NCBI RefSeq assembly: GCF_036365525.1
Contig: NC_090416.1
Location: 15,100,945 to 15,164,944 of the forward strand
Source: Heterodontus francisci
Taxonomy: Eukaryota
Direction: 5' to 3'
Length of the DNA: 64,000 nucleotides
The notes below the pieces were generated by a model. The model searched no databases and had not been told where the DNA came from. It worked only from the letters and a program-made list of their open reading frames with translations. Below are positions 1-10,140 of this stretch, piece after piece. Every line of letters begins with the position of its first letter. Within the stretch, counting starts at the first letter, position 1. The translations under genes were made by a program, and so were the position numbers.

Positions 1-1250
1 TCATTAATCATCACACCGACCATCTCAAGCTCAACTTTGTAATGTTTGTGAAATTGAAGGTGTAACGGAAATATATCACACCACCTCAGTGAAACATTGT
101 TTGAATTTTACTCTTACATTTGAATTGTGTTTTTAGTGTGAGGAGTGGATTGTGTTACTGATGCAAATAATTCACATCACCAGCAAACCGATTTCAGGCA
201 CTGCCCGTGTGATCTGCTTTACAAAGTTAAAAATTATTTACAGCACAGAAAACAGGCCATTTGGCCCATATGCTCCGTGCTCGTGCTTCAGCTCCTCACG
301 AGCCTCCTCCCATTGCCTTCTTCATCTCACCCCATCAACATATCCTTCCATTCCTTTCTCCCTCATGTGTTTATCCAGATTCTCCTTAAATGTATCTCTG
401 CTATTCACCTCAACCACTCCCTGTGGTAGCAAGTTCCACATTCTCACCACTCTCTGGGGAAAGAAATTTTTCCAGAATTCCCCATTGGATTTATTAGTGA
501 TTGTCTTATATTGATGGCCTCTAGTTCCAATCGCGCCAGTGGAAACCTCTTCCCTACGTCTACACTATTAAATCATTTCATAATTTTAAAGACCTCTATC
601 AGGTCGCCCCTCAGCCTTCTCCTTCTTGTGGTAAAGACTCCCATTCTGTTCAATATTTCCTGACAGTTATAACCTCGCTGTTCTGGTCTTATTCTGATCG
701 GCATATCCCCAACTTTGGAACCTCAGGTATTTGCTCTAGAAAGGTGTAGTGTAAATTGGCTGAAGGGAGACACTGATCACATCTGACCTGAACGATTAAA
801 AAGCTGGAATCCCAAACGCGCTACTCAGGATTCAAAACCTGTTTTATTGTATTGGTAACTTGGACACTAATGGATTATAAATATTATTTGAGTTATATCC
901 TACTCACGTGCAAGACAAAGATGCACAATGAACTTTAAAATGCTAACACGAGCAAGAAGAAACATGTTGAGATTGAACTGAAAGCTTAAATTTCCGTTTC
1001 CGGAAGTGCGCTGCTTCTGTCAGCCGTTCAGACCCTCCAGTGTGATGTATTAGTCCTGTATTGCTCAATCTATCATCTGACTGATTATTATAGCTTCAAT
1101 GCTTTAAACCGGTAACAGAACTTGAGATCGCAGTCTCTTGCAAGGGTTCACACTTCCTGGCTGTAATCGAAATGAGGGAAAAACAGAGCAAACTTTCTTC
1201 AACACGTCATATCCGGGAAGCAGACTGTGAGCGCTCAGTTTCCCGTCCAA

Positions 1251-2338
1251 TCAGAGTGTGGGATCAGCATGAAATGCCAGGCCAGCATAAAGAGTCTATG
1301 AGAGAAAACAGAAACCACTAACATGATCCACACCATCATCAGAGGTATAGGGGGCTGCCATTCAGCCGCGCAAACATATTTCACCATTCATTTAGATCAT
1401 GCCTGATCTGTATCTTAACTCCATCTACCCACCTTAGTCAAGTAACCCTTCATCCCCTTACCAACAAAAATCTATCAATCTGAATGTTGACATTTTCAAT
1501 TGAGTTCCTAGCCGCAACAGCTTTTTGGGGGGAGAGAGTTCCAGATTTTCGCTCCACTTTGTAAATGTTCCCAGTGCTGCTGTTTATACCAGTCAACCGC
1601 TACACCTGCTAACCAACCCGGCTGACAATGCACTGTAAAGGTACTTCCATGTGAGACGGTCTGAACGGCCAGAGTCTGGGATACTGCCTGAGAGACAGTA
1701 ACTGAGAGAACTAAATAATCACAAGAGGGTCTCTTATGGCAGAAAAAATACTGTTTGATATGTGGAAACTGCTACAACAGTAAACTATAAACTGGGCCAT
1801 CGTGTCATTAATGATCAGCAAACATAATTGGGTCAAACGCTGAGGTTAAACTTGAGGCAATAACGCGAGAAAGAGACAGAGACACTTTACAGCCATTGAA
1901 ATCATCTTTGAAGTGTAGTCGCTGTTGCAATGTAGGAAACACCGCAGACAAATTTGCACACAGCAAGATCCCACAAACAGCAATGTGATAATGACCAGAT
2001 CATGTATATAAGTGATGTTTGTTGAGGGATAAATATTGGCCCCAGGACACCGGGGAGAACACCCCCCACCCACCCCTTCCCTCTTTTCTTCCAATAGAGG
2101 CCGTGGGACCTTTTACATCCACCTGAGAGGGGAAGACGAGGCATCGGTTTAACCTCACTTCGTAAAGATTGGAGAATGCTGACACTTGGTGTGCTTTAAT
2201 CAGCCTGAGATAATGCAGCCCTTCAACAGGACACCAATAGTATAAAATACAGGTAGGGGAGCAATCTTCTACCTTGCTGACTGTCTCAGTCATCTTACGC
2301 TGGAATTCCGCCATGAATGAGAAGTGAAGAGGACAAAT
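1251..2338 (-). pseudogene. Internally deleted paralog of the VJ-C1 receptor: leader remnant (~2338-2299), 5' half of V (1701-~1556), terminal exon (1295-1251)
   Basis: V remnant TVSQAVSQTLAVQTVSHGSTFTVHCQPGWLAGVAVDWYKQQHW aligns to the V at 7525-7863. Last exon reads TLYAGLAFHADPTL*. The 3' flank (1-~1550) matches ~4630-5790. Confidence 0.78.
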
Positions 2339-2553
2339 TTAGGAAAAGATGGAACAGCACACAGGGAATTCCGAAGCTCAACTTCTGCTAACGGGGCAGG
2401 TTGCTGTGAGATTGTAAGATTTACATTGTCTCTTTGCTCGGGTATCTCTGTGCTCGACCCAACTCGGAAGACATGTGAAATACATATATGCACAAATTAG
2501 GTGCTGCGTTTAAAAATAGCAGGCTGGAAAATACAGCGCGGTGTTAATTCTCG

Positions 2554-2570
2554 CTGTGGGTTTCCTGTTT
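2554..2570. promoter_or_regulatory. Same RUNX-like/ETS motif upstream of the paralog
   Basis: 17/17 identity to 8915-8931 in otherwise diverged flanks. Confidence 0.5.
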
Positions 2571-2924
2571 ACAGGTTAAGCACCCACGCATAGATCTGCC
2601 TGCAAAGGCCAATACCTTACAGTTCGTGTTAAACACGGGTGAAGGGCGGCGTGCAGTTCAGACTGTTTAAACTGTAGACAAAGGGCAGATCGTGCTGAAT
2701 TCAACACACTGAACTCCTTTGTATCATTCACCTGGGCACGGGGAAATGGTCCTAATTCCGAGTGTTTTATTCACCCAGAACACATTAATTTATACACCCT
2801 TACTTATTCTAATAAAAAATATACCCGATTGAAGAAAGGTGGGATCATATGTGATTATTTCAGTAACTGTATCACCCAGTATCTGTATCCCGACAGTCTC
2901 TTTATGTAGGGCACCTCTCTGTCT

Positions 2925-3385
2925 CACGCTGTGGCCCAGTGGGTGGCGCTCTCGGGTGTGATCAATGCATCAGAGATTCAAGTTCCAATCCAGAGACTTG
3001 AGCACAAAAATCCAGGACACTCCCAGTGCCAGTGCTGAGGGAGCGCTGCAATGCTGGAGAATACGCCTTTCGGGTGAGACGTTAAACGGAGGCCCCCGTC
3101 TGCCTCTCAGGCGGATGTGAAGCATCCCACAGCCGCTATTGGAAGAAAAGCAGGCGGAAAACACACCCTATTTATTTTTGGCCCTCAACCAACATCAGTA
3201 ATAGAGGTGTCCTGATTATTATCATATTCTTATTTGTTGGATCTTGCTCTGTAAATCTTGGCTGCCGCATTTTCTACATTACAACAGTGACCACACTTCA
3301 CTTCAAGAATACTTCATTGACTGTAAAGCGATTTACAACCTCCTGAGGACGTGAAAGGCGCTATAGAAATGCATCTTCTTTCTTA
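2925..3385 (+). mobile_element. tRNA-derived SINE with L2-type tail (DeuSINE/SacSINE-like)
   Basis: tRNA-like head, core GGCCCCCGTCTGCCTCTCAGG, tail ...GTGAAAGGCGCTATAGAAATGCA. Partial copies at ~1880-2150, ~10200-10560 and ~30960-31260. Confidence 0.55.
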
Positions 3386-5479
3386 TCTCATTCCGCGTTT
3401 TACTCGCATTTGTCATTAACTACAGATCAAAAGGTCGCCGCCGACTGATCATCATTTATGGGCACTGGGTGTAATTTTAATGCGCTCCTGTTCTTATTGA
3501 ATAGAAGTGTACAAGATTATGACAGGCTGCAATAAGTTAGACATGGAAAAGCTGTTCCCATTAACAAATGGTAAAAGTATTAGAGGGCACAGATTGAAAG
3601 TTTTTGTCAAAAGATGTGAGATATTATGAGGAAGCACTTTTTTACACAGCGGGTGGTAATGACCTGGAACTCGCTCCCCTCAAGGGGGTGGAAGCGAAGA
3701 CAATCGATGACTTCAAGAGGAAGTTGGATGGTCACCTGAGAGAAGTAGACTTGCAGGACTCCGGGGATCGAACCGGGAGTGGGACTGGCAGCATAGCTCT
3801 GTGGAGAGCCGGCATGGACCTGATGGGCCGAATGGACTTTTTTGTTGCGTAAATTACTCTATCAGTCTATCAATGCGGGCAGGGTCATTCCCTTTGATCC
3901 CTACACGTGTGCATCAAGTGATCTGAGCATTCAGGAGCTTTATACTGATAGTGAATGGACTGTGTGTAATTACATTAGAGCCAGGCAGTTCATGGCTGAC
4001 GTCAGGAAGCACTTCTTCACATAAAAGGGAGTGGAAATCTGGAACTCTCTCTCCCACAACGCTGGGAGGTGTCAAATGACAATTGGAAATGGACATTTCT
4101 TTGTGGGATGGGGGTAAGGGGATTAAGGGGTACCGAACCAAGGTAAGGAGATGGAATTAAAAGTCAAATCAACCATGATCTAATTGAATAGGGAGAAAAC
4201 TCGAGGGGCTGAATGGCCTCCTCCAGTTCCTATGTACCTGCTGCCAGTAGGATTAGCCGATCAAATATTAATAGGAAAATTGAGGACTGATGTCAGCAGG
4301 TTCATCACACAGAGAGTGATCAGCACTGGGAATGGTCCTCTGGGTTGGGCGGGGTGTGTGAACTCCCCTGGAGTCATTTCAGAAACAGTTCACTGTCCTG
4401 AGGGGTGGGGAGGACTGACCCTTTCTGGGTGGATGAGCCATGTTGAGCAGAATGACCTTTTCCAATTGCATCATCCAACAAGTGTCTCCAAATCCTCTTT
4501 ACAATATCTGTACAGAATGTATTTTACAGCAGAATAAGCCGTTGTGAATTTGGGAATGTTTTCTATCCGCTCGGGACATGAATCACAAGAGGTTGCCGAT
4601 TTGATCAGAGTTTAATAACCAACTCAATTACCCAGTAATCATCACACCAATGGTCTTAAGCCCAACTTTTTAATGTATATGAAATTAAAGATGGACCCGG
4701 AATATATCACCCCATCTCAGTGAACCATTGAATCTTACTGTCATATTTGACTGATTTTCTAATGTGAAGAGCGAATTGTGTTAACATTTGTGATTATTCA
4801 CATCGCCAGCAAACCGTTTTACTGCCTAAATCACTGAACTACAATATCAAAGAGCAGATTTATTTAAACTAGTGTGTTTGAAGAGTAACTGTAACAGTGT
4901 TCACTCCCAGGACACAATCAGAGAAAGCTCGGCTTCACTAACACTGCAGCTTGAACATTAATGCAGCTTAAATCCCGAGTCAGTGTCTGAACCCTCCTGT
5001 CAGTCCTTCTCCCCACTTTTAACCCGCGCTCATTTACTCTCTAAATGTCTTTGTCAATTGATTTGGGAGATATCCTTAGCGAATCTAGATTGAACCATTT
5101 AACAACTGGAATCACAAACTTATCATTGGTTTACAAATCCCTTTGTATTTGTAACTCGGACATTGAAACATTGTAAAGATTGTTTGAATTATATCCCGCT
5201 CATATGCTATCTAAAGATGCACAATGCAATTAAAAATCACCAATCCAGGAAAGTGGAAACATGTCGAGACTGAAGTGAAACTGCAGGCGATTTATCATCG
5301 TTAGAATAGCGGATATTCAGAGGGAATTCACAGATTCCGTTTTGGGTGCAATCGGAAAATTGCGGCAAACTTTGGCTGAAATTCCGCCTGTTCGACTTAA
5401 TCACTCTCCGGTCAAACAGAGGAAACTTTCTGCAACATGTCATATCCCGGAAGCAGGGTGTGAGCGCTTCCTTTTGCCA

Positions 5480-5524
5480 TCAGAGTGTGGGATTCTCGTT
5501 AAACGCCAGGCGAGCGTAAAGTGT
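5480..5524 (-). CDS. Terminal cytoplasmic exon with ITIM/ITSM-like motif (TLYARLAFNENPTL*)
   Basis: Acceptor ttttctctcacag|, phase 0. The paralogous exon at 1251-1295 keeps the same length, Tyr motif and stop. Confidence 0.75.
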   Translation of the reverse strand, partial: TLYARLAFNENPTL

Positions 5525-8500
5525 CTGTGAGAGAAAACAGAAACTATTACCGGAACTCAGACGATCATCATAGGAACAGGAGGAGGCCATTCAGCCCCTC
5601 CAGTCTGTTCCGCCATTCAATTAGATAATGGCTTCTCTATATCTTAACTCCATCTACCCGGCTGTTCTGTAACTCCTAATCCCTTACCCAACAAAATCGA
5701 TCACGCTCAGGTTTGACATTTTCCATTTGACTCCCAGCCTCAACAGCTTTTTGGAGGAGAGAGTTTTAAATTTCCACTCCCCTTTGTGTGAAAAAGTGCT
5801 TCCTGACATCACCCCTGAACAGCCTTACTCTAATTTTAACATTCTGCCGCTTCTTATGCGAGCTTTCTAGACTCATATGAGAATAACTATGAATCTTCAA
5901 ATTGGATTAAAAATCAATGAAATATAATAGTAACAATTTCATTCATATTTACCTCCTTTTCTTGTGCACGTGGTCTGGAATCCGGCAGTTCCTCATCACT
6001 GTTCATGTTGCCTGATAGAAAGAGAAACTTAAACTAAGTATAAATGTCCACATTTCACACTGAACCAGTCCTCTAACGTATAAAGAGCAAATAACACAAT
6101 AATAAATGGATGGATTGAGAGCGCCGCGGAGTTGCAGCGCCTCCCGACAATTGGTACCTGACTGCCGCTTCCTGCAGCTTCTTCCCGCGGTGAAAACAAC
6201 CATCCCGAGAAGGAGAAGCGCCGCCGCCGACAAACTCCCGTAAATCGGTAAAGTGCAGGAGGTGTGTCGCGGTGAGTCTGCAAAAAAAAAACTTTCATTA
6301 ATAAAGTTTATGAAAAATAATTAAACAAGTGAAGAAATGTTGGAAAACTGAATGTGTAATTTCACACGCAAATCGGAAATTGGTTTTACATCTTCAATTA
6401 TCCTTAAATGGAACAGATATCTGACAGCANNNNNNNNNNNNNNNNNNNNNNNNNNNNNNNNNNNNNNNNNNNNNNNNNNNNNNNNNNNNNNNNNNNNNNN
6501 NNNNNNNNNNNNNNNNNNNNNNNNNNNNNNNNNNNNNNNNNNNNNNNNNNNNNNNNNNNNNNNCAGAGCAAGTATCTTACACCACACTGTTTAACTAGGG
6601 CAGATAGAAATTTTGACAGACAGATTAATAGATAATTATATCGGCAGACTGGAAATACAATCGCATCTTCCAACTTTACGAAAAGACCAATCAGACACTG
6701 ATCTCCAACCATGGAAGAATGCCCAGCTGGACATTAGAACTCTTAAGAGATGCGAACAGGGGTGGTCCATTCGGCCCCTCGAGGCTGCTGCCCCATTCAA
6801 TAAATTCAAGGTTAATCTTCTGCCTCAATGCGGTTATCCCGTCGAATCCCCATATTCCTTAATTCCCTATCAGTCTCTGTCATGAATGTACTCAATGTCT
6901 GAGCACCCACAGCTTTCTTGGGCAGAGAAGACAGATGGACTTAAGCACTCAGAAAGATAAACACTGAATATTGATATGCGAAATGTCGATGATGAGATCA
7001 TTATGTATGGACACGTGGAAAGACAGAGGCTTGTAATGTACAAAGTTTTCCAGTTATAAAATGAGCCTCACATCAGCATTAAATACATTAGTAAAGGGTC
7101 ACTGTTAATAGTTACCTCTCTGAGATGATAGATTTTCACTGATAAATTTCTCTGCAGAGTTGATTTGAACAGTGCAAGTACAGACAACGCCGCTGCTCCA
7201 AGTTTCCACCGAGACGTTGATGTGACTCCTGAAACTATATGTCCCGTCCTCGTCTATTGCCCCGGAATCGGTCTGTCCCTCGCTAATCTCACCGGAAACA
7301 TTCCAGCGGATGGGAAGGGAATGGGGAGACAGGCCTCTTACCAAACACATCAATGGGACCCTTTCCATGGAGGAAATTTCAGCCGGCGGTGGAGTTAAGA
7401 GAAACACGGCCGGGGGACCCTCTAAAGTGGGGAAATAAAACGGAACTCGGATTAAAAATTTTAAAAGACACATTTTAATTGATATGTTAATGTCCAACTG
7501 AATGAAATAGTCAGCAAGATTTACCTGTAACCACCAGCGTGGAGCCATTTCCAAATATTCGGGCCATGTTCTGGTGACTGCGGCTTGCACAGTAATACAT
7601 CCCAGAATAATTTCTCTCTACATTTGAAATCACCAGAGCATAATTACCCGATTTACCATCAACCTCACTGGAAAACCTTCCATCTGCAGGCTGTTGTTTG
7701 CTCACTTTGTAAAGGAGCTGCATGTCCCTCCGATGCTGCTGTCTGTACCAGAAGACATAGCTATCTACTAACCTTGTGGTGTAGCAATTCAGTTGAACAC
7801 GGCTTCCCACAGGGACTGTTTGAATCGGCGGAGACTGGGACAAGACGGTCTGAGAGACAACAACTGAACAGGAGACAAAACATATTCACGTCAGGTTATG
7901 GACCCCCGAACACAACCTTCGGCCAAGAGACCGAAAAATCTATAACTGCGTAGAAATTCGCATTGGCAGCACATGTCGGAAAATCGGACTATTAAAATCC
8001 TGGGTACCTATGCGCCCGCCGTGTTGGCTGCGCCGTTTCTACCCTCACTTTCAAGAGGCCCAGACCGAGTCCATTCACCGCCAAATCTAGTTTTCTCACT
8101 AGGGAGGAACATGGAAACTGTCTGAAGTTGAGATTTAAAGAGCCTGTTTCAAAGCTACATTTTCCAGCTATGATTTTCCTCATCTACCAGGAGGAAATTC
8201 AGTTTCGGATAAATTCCATTCACGGAAGTTAGTGATCCAATTTCATGTCGCTGTATTGTCATTGACTGGAGAACATATTTTTCAAATTAACTGAATACAT
8301 TCGTTTTTCTTATTAAAATGTGCGCTTATTTACATGTTATCGAATCCCACAGTGCAGAAATAGACCATTCTGCCCATCATGCCTATGTCGGTTGTTTGAA
8401 AGAGCTATCCAATTAGTCCTACTCCCCGCTGTTCTTTCCCCCATCGCCCTGCAAAATTTCCCCCTTCCAGTATTTATCCAATTCCCTTTTGAAAGTTACT

Positions 8501-8741
8501 TTTGAATCTGCTTCCACCGCCCTTTCAGGCAGCGCATTCCAGAACCCAGCTCACTGCGTGAAAAATTAAAACTGCACAGTCGGAGGCCATTTGGCCCATT
8601 GTGTCTGTGCCGGCTCTTTGAAAGAGCTATCCAAACCTTTCTTATTTATTCTATCCAAACTCTTCTCCACTCTAACAGAATATGTCAGGATATCTCACCC
8701 TGGATGAGATGGGACAATGCACAGACATCGAGGAAGCTCAT
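5480..8741 (-). CDS. Non-rearranging antigen-receptor-like IgSF gene (L-VJ-C1-TM-cyt-cyt), 303 aa; exons 8741-8699, 7863-7525, 7421-7116, 6277-6158, 6011-5953, 5524-5480
   Basis: All introns are GT..AG with compatible phases (1,1,1,1,0). The exons total 912 nt = 303 aa + TGA with no internal stop. A 133-N gap lies in the C1-TM intron. Confidence 0.82.
5953..6011 (-). CDS. Cytoplasmic exon 1 (GNMNSDEELPDSRPRAQEKE)
   Basis: Acceptor ctttctatcag|, donor GAG|GTAAAT, 59 nt, phase 1-0. Confidence 0.68.
6158..6277 (-). CDS. Stalk/transmembrane exon (DSPRHTSCTLPIYGSLSAAALLLLGMVVFTAGRSCRKRQS)
   Basis: Poly-T acceptor tttttgcag|, uncharged hydrophobic run, basic stop-transfer residues, 120 nt, phase 1-1. 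Confidence 0.8.
6430..6562. other. Assembly gap (133 N)
   Basis: Run of N. Confidence 1.
7116..7421 (-). CDS. C1-set Ig constant domain exon
   Basis: PAVFLLTPP, LMCLVRGLSP, IRW, DGTYS, ETWSSGVVCTCTV. Ends in a phase-1 donor AGA G|GTAAC rather than a stop. The VJ-C intron is only 103 bp. Confidence 0.92.
7525..7863 (-). CDS. Germline-joined VJ exon (V-set domain with J motif)
   Basis: QLNC, WYRQ, SGMYYC, then ASRSHQNMARI-FGNGSTLVVT in one exon with no RSS. Acceptor ctgttcag|, donor ACA G|GTAAAT. Confidence 0.93.
8699..8741 (-). CDS. Leader exon of the VJ-C1 receptor (MSFLDVCALSHLIQ)
   Basis: ATG at 8741 and phase-1 donor CAG G|GTGAG. Splicing gives MSFLDVCALSHLIQVVVS-QTVLSQSP. Confidence 0.7.
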
Positions 8742-8914
8742 TGTCCGTGACCCCGCCGATGATCTCTGAGCTACCGGTCGTAACTCACTGAGAAATCGCT
8801 TTGGTTAGATTGGCGCTGAAGGAGGTGTGAAATGAAGAGCAGATGGCGGAAATTGGGCTCCGTGTTTATTAATAAATGCACGACTGGACTGATAGTGCCG
8901 AGGTGGAGAGCTCT

Positions 8915-8931
8915 CTGTGGGTTTCCTGTTT
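8915..8931. promoter_or_regulatory. RUNX-like/ETS composite motif upstream of the VJ-C1 gene
   Basis: CTGTGGGTTTCCTGTTT, identical at 2554-2570 upstream of the paralog leader. Confidence 0.5.
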
Positions 8932-9739
8932 TTACAAGGTCGAGGGCTGACACGCACACATACAGTATTTGTTTTACAAAAAGCCCCATGTTTCTACTCA
9001 TATTAGTTAGACCACACTTGTAGTTACAATTCACAGTTCTAGTCTCCATAATATAGAAAGCATGCCGAAGCACTGCAGAAGTTGCAATAAAAATTCACGA
9101 AGATGATACCAGAACTGAGAGCTTTCTCCAGATAAGAGAAGGCAGAGGGGTGACCTGATAGAGGTCTTCAAAAATTATGAAAGAGTTTGATAGATAGATG
9201 CAAGAAGATGTTTCCACTTGTGTGAGAGGCCAGAACTAGGGGGCCATCAATATAAGATAATCCAATGGGGAATTCAGGAGAAACTTCTTTCCCCAGAGAG
9301 TGGTGAGAATGTAGAACTCGCTACAACAGGGAGTGGTTGAGGGGAATAGCAGAGATGCATTTAAGGGGAAGCTGGATAAACACATGAGGGAGAAAGGAAT
9401 AGAAGGATATGTTAATCGGGTGAGATGAAGAGAGGGGGTGGGAGTAAGCTCATGTGGGGCATAAACATAAGCACGGAGCAGATGGGCCGAATGGCCTGTT
9501 TCTGTTCTGTACTCTCTTTGCAATTCTATTTTTTAAAAACATAATTGAAATTCTGTGCACAGTCCAGTTTGTCAAGGGCAGATATTTAAGGTGTTGGGGT
9601 TAGTGCAACCTTTTGGCTTTATGTAGTGTACATATGCTACTCTGAATGGCAGGTGGCACCTTGGGGCGATGCGTGCAGCAGGGGCAGAATTATACCCGCC
9701 TCCTTTAATGGCTGGCAAATAGGAACCTGAATGTTGCGG

Positions 9740-10140
9740 GGAGACGGTGGTGTAGTGATAATGTCATTGAACTACTAATCCAGAGGCCCCGGATAATGTG
9801 CTGGAGGCAGAGGTTAAAATTCGACCACAGCAGCTGGTCGAATTTCAATTCAATTCATTAATAATGAAACAATCCGGAATTGAAAGCTAGTCTCAGCAAT
9901 GAAGCCACGAAACTGTCATCGATTGTTGCAAAAACCCATGTGGTTTACTAATGGCCTTTAGGGAAGGAAATCTGCCACCCTTACCCGGTCTGGCCTACAT
10001 GTGACACCTGACCCACAGCAATGTGATTGACTCTTAACTTCCCTTTTAAAAAGTCACTCAGTTGTCAAGAGCAATCAGGGATGGGCAAACAAATGCTGGC
10101 CTTGCCAGCGATGCCGGCCTTCCTTGAAGGAATGAAAAAA
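9740..10140 (+). mobile_element. tRNA-derived shark SINE
   Basis: A-box-like head GGTGGTGTAGTG. Antisense copies at ~17310-17645, ~34010-34370, ~46650-47000 and ~63570-63920. Confidence 0.5.

Noticed and set aside
2270-2493. Possible degenerate TM exon, or ORFs 2290-2493 and 2000-2314
   Set aside because: Stops occur in the expected phase. Its position upstream of the V remnant and a phase-1 GTAAG donor fit a leader remnant better.
6430-6562. Missing receptor exon inside the N gap
   Set aside because: C1 and TM splice phases already match, so no extra exon is needed, although one cannot be excluded.
7105-7863. Calling the VJ-C1 gene a germline-joined Ig light chain or a TCR chain
   Set aside because: The C exon splices on to an uncharged TM and a tyrosine-motif tail. 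There is no terminal Cys-stop, no octamer and no TCR-type charged TM residue.
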